The translations under genes and the position numbers were made by a program. DNA of 64,000 nt from Porphyridium purpureum. Lineage: Eukaryota. The stretch covers positions 248,001 to 312,000 of the forward strand of contig VRMN01000015.1 of assembly GCA_008690995.1 (NCBI GenBank). Reading direction: 5' to 3'. Positions 22,500 to 32,853 of this stretch are shown piece by piece. The stretch's first letter is position 1. Each line of letters opens with the position of its first letter. A model generated the notes under the pieces. The model saw nothing but the letters and a program-made list of their open reading frames with translations, was not told the DNA's origin and made no database searches.

Positions 22500-25400
22500 G
22501 TCAGTCGCCATCTCGAGGGTCAAAACAATGATTGGTATCCCGGAAGAGGGACAGGAGGGGAGGCCCGAAGGGGTTTGAAGGTGTATTACGCAAGAAGCAA
22601 ATGATGCGAATAGATCTGGATGAAACCGAAGCGATCGACCAATATGTTTAGTTCTGGGGTAGAGCAGAGCTCGAGTTTGTACCGGTGTGGTGCTATTTTT
22701 TATTGGTTTTTTTTTATTTGGTTTTTTGGTGGTGGAGGATACTCATGTGAGCATTTTCGGAAGTCATGAGGTAAAACAAAGCGGGTTGAAGAGTTTAGGT
22801 GAACTGAAGCCGGCAGATACAGGAACAGCTGCGCACAAGGCATCTGAATAATTTCCAATTCTCTTACCTGATACGGTGCCAAACTTGGTATCTCATATCG
22901 TGTGTTTTGCAAAGGCAGACACTAGAACTGGGCATACATTTATCGGCCAGGGACGTTTTACAGAATTGGAGGTCGAGAGCCGTCCGACGGGTACGGGTGG
23001 TCTCTAGGTCTCGGTGCCAGACAGCCGGACAATAGCTTAAGGAAGCAGCGGGCAGTTGTGCATGACAGCTCCTGGGTTCACGCTGTCACGTTCAGCCGTG
23101 CAGGTTCTACCTGTCTTGAACTTCAGGTCGTTTGTTCGGAAGACATTTTGGAACAATAACGTGCCAACATAAAGTTTGAGAAGGGGCGAGTTTCGTGTGT
23201 CCGTCCGAATTGGTCATGTGTATGGGCTTTTTTCAATCCATCTCAGCCTGCTTGGACTGACAAAGGCGACAATGATTTTCAGTCAGACGCCTCGAGAGAA
23301 GAGAAACCATCGGCCGCACAGGAAATTGCCTCGATAAACTTGCAAGGTCTCAGAGAATCTTAGTAGAGAGCTTGAAATGTTCTGAAGCAGCGAGCTGGTG
23401 CTTTTTATTGGTTGTGGGTGATCCGCGGGAAAGAACATCAGATCCTGCTTAAAACTGACACCTTACTGGTCAGTGTGAAGAAGTATCGCAGAGCCGCTCA
23501 GAAAAGGCTCAAAGCCAAAAGTACTCGGCATAGACGAGCAGGAAAGCTGGAGTTATGTCCAGCCTCAGAGTGGAATGCGCAAAATGTCTTTGTGAGGAAA
23601 AAAGATGGAAGGGTCAAAATGCCTCCAGGCTTCCGCGGACTGATCCAATGCGTCGGACAAGAGCTCTACTCTTTTCGTGATGTTGCAGGAGTGGTTGAGT
23701 ATCTGGAAAGCCAAGAAGTGTGTACGGCCCTTGATATCGAAGAAGGATGTTTCAATGTGTCATTTGCGCCAAAATGCCGAAATTATGACGGAAGTCATTG
23801 CTGCAGTCCGGTTGGTGCAGTACTGCAAGTTTTATCAGGGTCTCGTGACATCCCCGTTTGTCGAGCGAAAGGCAAGTAACAAACTGGCTTAGCTGCCTGC
23901 ACAGCAGTCAATTAATTTTTAAGATGACACGATTTGGCAACCAGTACTGAAAGGGGAAACGCACAGCCTTTGGATAGAGCGATGAAGGACATGAACAACT
24001 CTGGAGCCCATTTGAATTTGTCCAAGTTTTAATTTGGAGTAAAAAAAGTTGACGTTCTTCGTCGTCACGAGAAGGATGGTGCAATTGGCCACGCGAAAAG
24101 CACGTTGGAGATATCCGCCAGATTATGGAGCCACGTGATGCTGCGGATTTGGTCTATTCTATGTCTGAAGAATTGATTCTCGAGCTAGACACTAAGATAT
24201 GCGAGAGTAGCATATCCTCTGCATGACGTGTTGAAGGGCACGGACTGGATTGTGAAAACGATAAGCAAGTACACTGGTGTAGTCATGATGGAGCTTGACC
24301 GACGCTGAGTACAATGTCAGCGGGAAACATGGCAATGGCTCAAAGAGCCACCCGTCAGTGCAGAGATTCAGCAGCGCCACTTCCGCGGAGCAGAAACCGA
24401 CTATAGACTGACACTTCGGTCAAACCAATTTGTGTCGTTTACATGTAGGAGAATGAGGATGATAGATGGTATGCAGCAGCATACGTAAGCTGCCGTCTGA
24501 AGAGTACAAAAGTCATTTTCACTGTTTCTGAGAAGAAATGCGTAGCCATCCTGCACCGTCCTAGGAAGATCAGACACCTAAAGCACGGAGCATGTGTCGA
24601 ATACATTACTTATCATCAAGCGGTAATTAGGCTGCTTCGTGAAATCCACCGTCAGGAAGATTGGCTCATTATTTTTGGGAGCTGCAGGGCCAGTCCTTTG
24701 TCGTGCGTTATCAGGCAGGTGCAATCATGGAGGCTCCAGATTGCCCTAGTCGTCTCGTGGGGGGTAAAGATCACAATGACACGGTAAATAATATGGATCA
24801 GATCAGGATGGGCTTACGGGTTTTCCAGAATTGGAAGAGTTACGAAAAGGCAACAATTGAGCAGGATTCACCCACTTGGAGAAAGGATACTGACGATTTC
24901 TCATATTATGGATTTAGTCTAGTTAAGTGAAAGCTACGCGATGATGAAGCACTTTAGGGACATCAAATTTTAGTTCCAGGTGTGCTAGAATACTTTCATG
25001 GCCCTGCATGGGCTGGCCCATTCGGTCGCGACAGGATGGTACGAAGGCTTAGGAGGAAGTTATGGTGGCCGAAGATGTGCGAGTCCGCTTTGGCTTTCCT
25101 AGAGCGATGCGTGCGTTATGCGATTGAGTGTTTGCCAAAGCTTCCGCGACAATTGAAAGGACTTCAAGCCCCTTGGATGCCAGTGGGAAGGTTTGAGGTT
25201 GTAGCTATGGACATTTGGACCTCGACGAGCACCGACAGAAACTAGATAATGTTGGTGATAATTGACGTGTTCACAAAACGCGTGGTTTGCGCACTATCCC
25301 AGGATAATCCCTTCAGTCGCTAGCGTGCTGCTCGAATTGAGCGGCTTTCGTTTAGGAGCGACGGTGTGCATTCTGAGTGATGGAGCTGCAACCTTATTGA

Positions 25401-25560
25401 GGTCACGAGAGGCATGTCTTCAAGCAAGTGCATACATCGGATCCACACGAGTGAGTACCAGCCGGAATGAAATAGCATGGTGGAACGATTTAGCTGGACA
25501 ACTAAACGAAGAGCTCAATCTCGAATCACTGCAGCAGAAAATGTACAGTATTGACGCGTG
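22500..25560 (+). mobile_element. Highly degenerate Ty3/gypsy gag-pol remnant (PR-RT-RNaseH-INT)
   Basis: Protease-like ADT..GHTF (~22915); RT SEWNAQNVFVRKKDGRVKM and ALDIEEGCFNV; RNase H TDTS...AYVS.RL....SEKKCVAI; RLAH..ELQGQSFVVRYQAG...PDCPSRL; integrase HGPAWAGPFGRDRM..RLR.KLWWPKM, RFEVVAMDI, IDVFTK, ILSDG. Gypsy domain order with many stops; no LTRs identified. Confidence 0.85.
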
Positions 25561-27689
25561 GTAAAGGCCACATAAACATACTACGTGAGCTTTCATGGCT
25601 GTCGTGAAATTTGACTTTTCATTTTGTCTCGCTCGTGAGACAGCCGGATTGTGCAGCCAGGCATTGATGTGCTTCCTATGTCACACTAAAATTGACAGTG
25701 AGTGGATTTCAGACAAGAACTTGTTTGCCTGCTTTCACCTTTGTATTCCATGGACAAGCTATAACCTGCCTTTCTTAGCTACCGCATTCGCCTCTCGCTA
25801 TATACGCTCCCGCTCCGCTCGAGAAGAACCGTTGCCGTGGGTGAACTTTTGCTTTCGAGCCCGCTTTCAAATCCGCATTTTTGATTACTTGCCCGTCCGC
25901 GCGCGTGTCCCCTAGATATATCCGTCGAATCCTGCTTTGGGCTTTGCGCCATGCTCCGAGCTCGGAGCAATTTGGCGCGCGCCCGCCCGTTGAGCAAGCC
26001 GCTGACATTATACCCACCGGTCAAGAAATTGGTCAGAAGCCTTTTTGCTACCGCGAGCCACGGCGATTGAAAGTACAGCTTCTCGGGCAAGTGACCCGCA
26101 TTGCTTACCATGGAACACAGGAGCAAAGCCTTCCGAAGCCATGTTCAGAACACTGGCATTCGATCTGGACCTGGATATCCTTTCCGGGGGGAAAGGTCAC
26201 TTGGCGTCAGAATTGAATGTCGAGCAAGCTTCGAAGAATCTGTTTGAGTTGATCAAGGCAAAGTCGGCTCATCGTCGAGCATGAGTGTAACGCTGGTAAA
26301 ATGTTTACAAACGTGATTTTGCGCGGGAACCCATTTGATAGGATTTGGTGTTCATCTGCCTAGAACAGCAAAAGTGGGAAGGAGCCTAGAGCAACGATGT
26401 TGCATACCCAACCAGATGAAGGAGTATAGTATGAGGAACACCGAGATCTTGTATTCGGAGAGAAGTTGAAGCATTTTGTGCACCTTTTTGAAACAGGCAG
26501 GCCGTGATAAGCTCGTCGTGGCCAAAGATCACACTTGCTTCCGCCATTTCCAGGGGTGCTTCCCGATAGTAGGCTTTCTTTTGCTTACCGAAAAGTGAGA
26601 AAGTGCGTACCATAGGGGAAAGGATAAAAGTGCTTGTGCTCCTTCGGAGCGCGGGTCCAGAATGGTTGGACGAGAAGAAACTGCGACCGATCATTTTGAC
26701 ATTGATACGTTAAGAATTTTTGGATCAAGCGCGACGACAAAAGCTGCAAGAAGGCACCAGAATGGGAGCTGGTCGAAACCACCAAAAGTTACCGGCGATT
26801 GCCGGAGCGCTCCAAAACCGACGCACATTGGGCTAGTCGGAGCGCGAGGTTGTATGAAAGGGCATCATGTGAAGGTCGCTCTGGAAAAGCCCGCCGACGT
26901 GTCGCGCTCGTGTAGAAACAGAGACTTTCGTGCGATTAGGCGCGTTATCAGTGATAAAGCTACAGTCTTTTGAAGGCATTAAATGGGCACCCGATTGAGT
27001 GATGACAGTTGAAACTGTCGCTGCTATCCAGAACCTCAAAATAAACGCCGAGACAAAATATGTAACGGTTTCAATTTTATTGTGCCAGTGCTCGACTGGC
27101 GCCTGCAACGGGCCCGTGGGCTCGGCAATGTTCTGGGAAGACATGGCCAGCGAATTGCAACGGGCAGTGTGGTCCTGCGGAACTACGCCACAGCGTGGAA
27201 GTGCCTCGCAGGAGCGGACAAAAGGGGAGTAGCGGCAGATATCAGACGCGGGCGTCCCAGCGAGTTTCCTGAAATAGTGTAGACTCTTTGAAGTGAGGAG
27301 GTTTATGAAAATATAGGAGAAGTTGTACAAAATTTACTCCCGTGAAGCGCGAACCAGGATTCTGCTGCTCGCTCGCCAGCCCCTCCTTCAGCATCAGAAG
27401 GGCGAATCTTGTTCCACGGAAAATGAGTGAAGTCGCGGATGCAGCAGCGCCCGGGTGCCCGCGCAAGGCCCATGGCCTCAACTGCGACGCGAGTCGAAGA
27501 AGAAAGCGAAGACAGAATGAAGTTTGCTATTTTCTTCGGAACTGGCAACATGATGACCGTATGCGGTACAGTTTGGTTGTACAGTACTTTTTGGTGAAGG
27601 CCGGCGCCAGCGCTTGTTCTGTGGCGCGTCGTCGGTCTTGGTCGTTTGTAGCAGTGCCGCTGGAGCCGCGCACCAGACACGAGACGACA

Positions 27690-28508
27690 ATGCGCATCGT
27701 TGTGCTTGACTGCCAGCCTCTACACCAGTACCGGCCGGAATTGCCCCGCGATAGTTTTGGGCCGTGCTTTGATCTCTTGTTCAGCCCGTACGTGGATGCA
27801 GGCGAGCTGGAACTTGAGCATGTGGATGCCACGAGCAACCGCCCACTGGAGCCGCTCCTATCGCGCAACGACGTGCATGCATTTCTCGTGACCGGCTCCT
27901 TTGCCTCAGCCTACGACCAGGATGACTGGATCCTGCGGCTGAGCGCATTTCTGCGTCGCGTGCGGGACGCGCCGACAAAGCGCGTGCCCATTCTCGGCGT
28001 GTGTTTTGGATTTCAGATCGTGGCACACGCGTTCGGCGGCGAGGTTATTTCCAATCCGGCGGGTTTGGAGATTGGTACGGTCGGCTTTGAGCCGGACATG
28101 AAAGGCTGCACGCAACTTTTTGGGGAGGATTCAGCGCTGAGCCGCGTGCCGAATCCGATTATTCTGCCGTACTTTCATCGCGACACCGTGCAGCGGCTTC
28201 CACTCGGTGCGATTAGCCTTGGGTCCAACGCGCACACGCCATGTCAAGCGTTCTGGATACCGTCGGTCGCCCTGTGCGTTCAAGGACACCCAGAGTTTGC
28301 CGCAGATAACGACATGTACACCGCGCTTTACGCGTTTACCTTGCGGTCGACTCGGGCCCACGAGCCGCGTGGCGGCTTTAACCCGATGCTGCCGCCGGAG
28401 CAGCACCATCATGACTGGATCGCCAAGCTCATGTTCGACTTTGTGCGGCAGACGTCGACACTGACACCAGCACTTTCTGACGGTGGCACGTCATGTAAAA
28501 ATATCTGA
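27690..28508 (+). CDS. Class I glutamine amidotransferase-like protein (gamma-glutamyl peptidase-like)
   Basis: LVTGSFASAYDQDDWILRL, nucleophile motif ILGVCFGFQIVAHAFGG, FHRDTV and QGHPEF. Probable start MRIVVL at 27690. Confidence 0.9.
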   Translation: MRIVVLDCQPLHQYRPELPRDSFGPCFDLLFSPYVDAGELELEHVDATSNRPLEPLLSRNDVHAFLVTGSFASAYDQDDWILRLSAFLRRVRDAPTKRVPILGVCFGFQIVAHAFGGEVISNPAGLEIGTVGFEPDMKGCTQLFGEDSALSRVPNPIILPYFHRDTVQRLPLGAISLGSNAHTPCQAFWIPSVALCVQGHPEFAADNDMYTALYAFTLRSTRAHEPRGGFNPMLPPEQHHHDWIAKLMFDFVRQTSTLTPALSDGGTSCKNI

Positions 28509-28535
28509 TGATATTTCTCCTATTCTTTTCTAGCC

Positions 28536-30755
28536 CTACGCTGTAATTGTCTGGTCGACGGCACCCTTCTCGATCGAGCTCGAGGTCGGCTTTTCCTTCA
28601 GCAGCTGCGTGTACTTGGCAAGAAGTGTCTGCACGTACAGCTCGATGCCATCCAGACTCAAAAAGTTCCGAGCAAAATCGTTCGCTGCCTGGGCGATGCG
28701 GCGCGTCTGCGCGGAATGATCGTGCGCGTTGCTCTCGCGTATCCGGTCCACAAGGTCGGTGAAGAAAAAGTCAGTCGGGAGATAGTGCCCGTACGGCTGC
28801 AGCAGCGGTTCGTAAAACTGCCCACATGGCGTCTCCTGCTTGACCACTACGCTGGGACCAAACAGGTCACGGTTGAGGCGGTCTGCCCAAAAGCAGTTTC
28901 CTTCGGCATACACAACGTAGCGGTATTCGTGCTGCTTCTCTGGCGCAATCCGGTCGAGCTTGTAGTGTTGTCCGCCGCACGTGCCGCCCACGGATGCGTC
29001 CAGCAGTGTCGGATTCTCCGTAGCCAACTTGACTAGCCGTACTCGACCCACGTGGTCACATTCAAGGTCCGCATGCGACTTATTTTGAAAGTACATGCTG
29101 GGACGAAAGCCGCCCCGAAACACGGCTTGCGGTTTCTTTTGGTCCCATGGAATCTGATCGCGCGCAAAATGCTCCATTTCTTGATCCCATGTCAAGAAGC
29201 CGCCGCCGCGGTCATCCTTGCCCTCCCACAACGGGAAGGGAATATTGTCGCTAAAGTTGCACGCCACGATTGTAAACACGGGGCTTGACTCGATGTGCGT
29301 GGGTCCGCGGTATGTGTGCGGCGCAGAAGCCGTTTGCACGCAGTCGTGCGATGAGAGCAGAAACTCGGTATTCTCCACGTTGCCCTTGGCCACAAGATGC
29401 GAAATGAGCCAAAGCACCTGGCGGATGCGGCTCTGCACAAAGCTCTTGGCCGTTTCGATCGCCTTGTGCGGGTCGAGAACGTACACACGGCCGTCGATGA
29501 TCTGCACAAAGATACAAACGACGCCCTTGTTTGCTCCCGCTGGCGTCATCGAGTAAGTCTTGCGCTTCAGAATATCAAAGAACATGCGCCGGCTAATGCC
29601 TTCTCGCCGATACGGCTCCAGGTAAGCGTCCACTAATCTCTCATAATACTGTTTCACCTCGACGCGCGGCAATGGGCCGGCGTCGCCTGGCACTTGCAAG
29701 TCGGTGCGTTGTCGATTGAGAGGATGCCGTGAACTGTCATACACCGCATCGAGCATGTCCTTGACGCGTAGCAATGGAGCTGGCTCTGATGATGGCACGG
29801 ACGCCGCATGCAAGTGCGCGTCTGCTCCCGCGGGCGGACCGGGAGGCAGAGGAGCCGCAGCGGACGAAGGTGTCGCTTGGCGACTTTCAAGCGGCTCCGA
29901 CTGGCCACCACTACCACCACCACCACCACCACCACCACCAGCTGCACCCGCATTGGCAGCAACCCCCTTCGTATCCTTCTTGTCAGAGTCGCTGCTAAAC
30001 ATCCCGGCATAACTACTGCTTCCGGCCGAGCCGCCAGCGCTGCCGTCACCACCACCCTTTTGGATGAGTTCCTGTGTGAGCGCATCGGCTTCCACTTGCG
30101 ACGCAATCACCTTCTTGGCCGGTGCATCTGTGTGCAAACTTGTGGAGGACGAATTGAGCACGAAGAAAAAGTCGACCGCATACACCATCATAAGCACAGA
30201 GAGGACCAGCAGGCCCCATCCGTGACTGGTGCGCGGCGCCATCTTGATGACCGAGCGGATTAGAAACTCGATTGCATGCACGATCTTTCCACCCTGCGCC
30301 AGTACAATGGCGCGAGCACCCGAAGCCGAGGAGCTGCCGCTGCGGCGCGAGCGCTTATCCTTTTCCCGTCGCGAGGTGCTTGGCACGATCATGGTGTCAT
30401 CGGCCTCTGAGCCAGCTCGCTGCTTTCGGCGGCTGGTGGTCTGCCCATCTGTGACTGAGCTTCCCGTGGCACGCCCGAAGAATCCCCAGGTACTCGATTC
30501 GGCGCCAGCTGTGGCGCGCTTCTTGCCGGAGGCCGACTTGCGCGCCGACGCGTACCGTGGCCCCTTGTTCTCGATCTCCGAGTCCTCATCCGAGTCATCG
30601 TACGCGTCTGACTGCTCGGAGCCTTCGTCCGGCGACCCTGCATACTTCTTACTTTTCGAAGACGCCGGAGGCGCGGCGCTGCGTTTTGACGCGGCCGATG
30701 ACGTACCGATGCGGGTGCCGCCGCGCCGCCGCCACGCAAAACCAGCCGGCGACAT
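28536..30755 (-). CDS. Glycosyltransferase family 90 (CAP10/POGLUT-KDELC-like), type II membrane protein
   Basis: Single TM (WGLLVLSVLMMVYAVDFFFV) and low-complexity stem, then IPWDQKKPQAVFRGG, YRYVVYAEGNCFWADRL and QFYEPLLQPYGHYLP. Probable start is ATG 30755. Confidence 0.88.
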   Translation of the reverse strand: MSPAGFAWRRRGGTRIGTSSAASKRSAAPPASSKSKKYAGSPDEGSEQSDAYDDSDEDSEIENKGPRYASARKSASGKKRATAGAESSTWGFFGRATGSSVTDGQTTSRRKQRAGSEADDTMIVPSTSRREKDKRSRRSGSSSASGARAIVLAQGGKIVHAIEFLIRSVIKMAPRTSHGWGLLVLSVLMMVYAVDFFFVLNSSSTSLHTDAPAKKVIASQVEADALTQELIQKGGGDGSAGGSAGSSSYAGMFSSDSDKKDTKGVAANAGAAGGGGGGGGGSGGQSEPLESRQATPSSAAAPLPPGPPAGADAHLHAASVPSSEPAPLLRVKDMLDAVYDSSRHPLNRQRTDLQVPGDAGPLPRVEVKQYYERLVDAYLEPYRREGISRRMFFDILKRKTYSMTPAGANKGVVCIFVQIIDGRVYVLDPHKAIETAKSFVQSRIRQVLWLISHLVAKGNVENTEFLLSSHDCVQTASAPHTYRGPTHIESSPVFTIVACNFSDNIPFPLWEGKDDRGGGFLTWDQEMEHFARDQIPWDQKKPQAVFRGGFRPSMYFQNKSHADLECDHVGRVRLVKLATENPTLLDASVGGTCGGQHYKLDRIAPEKQHEYRYVVYAEGNCFWADRLNRDLFGPSVVVKQETPCGQFYEPLLQPYGHYLPTDFFFTDLVDRIRESNAHDHSAQTRRIAQAANDFARNFLSLDGIELYVQTLLAKYTQLLKEKPTSSSIEKGAVDQTITA

Positions 30756-31099
30756 CGGCGGGTATCCACGACGCGCCGCCTGCCGTATCAGCGCGCCGAT
30801 CCGCGTCCCGCGGACGCCGCTTCTTGTTGCTGCTTCCCATCTAAGCCCTCCTGCATCACCTCCACACACACAGAAGCACACGCCAAGTGTGTGCCTCTGC
30901 GCAGTTTTCCCCCCTCTCACACAAACCGGTTCAACCGGTTTATCCCTCAAAAGAGAAAGACACGCGTACAACTGTACTTATGTTATTCTGTAGAGGTACA
31001 GTTATAATTGTCCTAGTAAACCAGCTCGTTTTCATCAATTTGTGGGTGTACTGTTTACTGTACCTGTAAAGTGGGTGGGTGTGTGGCGCTTGAGGGGGT

Positions 31100-31970
31100 T
31101 TAGAGTGCCATGGGAGCAAAGGACGGAATGTCGGTGAGCTGGTGGAAATGGTCCATGTATGCCTTGACCTTTGGCGGCCACACGGCGCCCTTGAGCAGCT
31201 CGAGAGAGCGCAGGCGGCTGAACAGAACCAGGTCGTCCATCGAGACGCCGCCCTCCGAGCAGTGCTGCTCGCAGAACACCAGCGCGTCCAGCTTGGCCAT
31301 CAGCGCGTTCATCTGCGGAAGCAGCTCGGCGCTCATCGCAAAGTTGGTGTCGTAGTCGCCCGGCTCTGGGATCGCGTGGTTGCGGATGTACGCCGCGCGC
31401 GCCTCGGCGAAGAAGAACTCGGGCAGCGGCACGCGCACGTAGCGCGGGCTGATCAGGCGCCGGTTCAGCTCCTTCGACTCCTTGATCCACGCGTCAATGT
31501 CCTGCCTCCCCGTGGCCGGCTTGATGAGGTTTGTCGGGCCGAACGCCGGGTCCTCGTCGATGCGCTTGATGATGTCGAGCGACTCGTTCATGAGCTCGTG
31601 GCCGGGCTGTCCTGGCCTGCCGATCTCGAGGATCGGGACGACCTTCTTGCCGACGAGCGCCGTGGGCGTGGCCACGTCGTCGTTTGCGAGAAACACGAGC
31701 TCGTGCTTGATATTCTTCAAGCCCAGCGCGGTCTGCACGCGCACGCAGAACGGGCAGTGCGCGTACAAGTACAGCCGCGGGAGCACGTCGGGCACCACGC
31801 GCGGCGGCTGCTCAAACAGCGCCGGCATCGTGGACGACGCCATCCGCACGCGCGGCGCCGCCGATCGCGCCGCCGCCACTCACGCGCGCCGTAGCCGATC
31901 CGCGAGCCAAGCCCGTCCACGCGCGACACGGTCCTGCGCTTGCAGCTCCAACAAACGCAATACCCTCCAT
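31100..31970 (-). CDS. grxB: Glutaredoxin 2 (GrxB, GST-like fold), probably plastid-targeted; 5' part out of frame
   Basis: LYLYAHCPFCVRV..ALGLKNI...FLANDDVATPT.LVGKKVVPILE, MNESLDII and SMDDLVLFSRLRSL. The upstream ATG at 31970 (MEGIAFVGAASAG) is 1 nt out of frame with the GrxB ORF. Confidence 0.9.
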
Positions 31971-32853
31971 CGAACGGTCGCGTTCTCCACCCAGGCCACG
32001 CCATCCTCACCACGCACCCTCGCCTCCAACCACAAAGCACGTGCACCGCAGCCGCGCAGTACCCGCGGTACAGCTGCAATCAAGTGCGGCCTCCGCGCCT
32101 TCCGCATTGCAAACGCATCCCGCCGCCGCTGCGAGGCATCGCGATCTTCTGTTGCTTCCCTTCTCGTTGTTGTCGGTGTTGTGGCCTTTGTTGTCTGCAC
32201 ACGACTTCTGCTCCTATGGAGCGATTGTCCAACCACAACACAACCGACCGGCTACCTCGTATCCCACAACATGACAAAGTGACGACGCGTCTCCTCCGGT
32301 CCACCTGTCGCTGACTCGCGGGCGCGCGCGCGCGCGCGCGTCTCTGTATTGCTCACACCGGCACCACGCCCGCTTCCAGTGTCGCGGTCATCATGCCGCT
32401 CACCGCACAGCCACGCTCGCTCTCAACCGATACGTTATCGGTCCGCCCCACTTTATGCCGATATGGCGTCGGTTAGTGGGTGTACAGTGAGTAGAACAAC
32501 CGGATGATCTGCGCGACTGTACCGCGCGCCGGCTGCGTCCTGATTTTGCGTGCATGCGAGCGAGCCCGTTTGCCTGGCACACACACGCGCGCGTGCGCCG
32601 TTCATCATTGCGCGTGCGTGTTTTGATAGGAAAACACACGCGTGGCGGCAGTGGGTGAGAGAAAAACGAACTAAAAAGGGCGAAGGAAAAAGGACAAGAA
32701 GGCGAAAAGACGCGACAAAGGGGTGAAGGGCAAGGGGAAAGTGCGCGGTTTGGTTTGGTGTATTGCGGAAGGGGTGGAAGAACGGTGGAGGGGTGGGGGA
32801 GAGGGAAGGGTGGAAGGGTGGGTTGATGCAGGGGGTGGTTGTGGGGGTTTGCC

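Noticed and set aside
25600..27330. Additional gene or TE downstream of the gypsy remnant
   Set aside because: Short broken frames with no recognisable motif.
27342..27689. N-terminal extension of the GATase ORF
   Set aside because: GTG start and no recognisable similarity; the domain begins at MRIVVL (27690).
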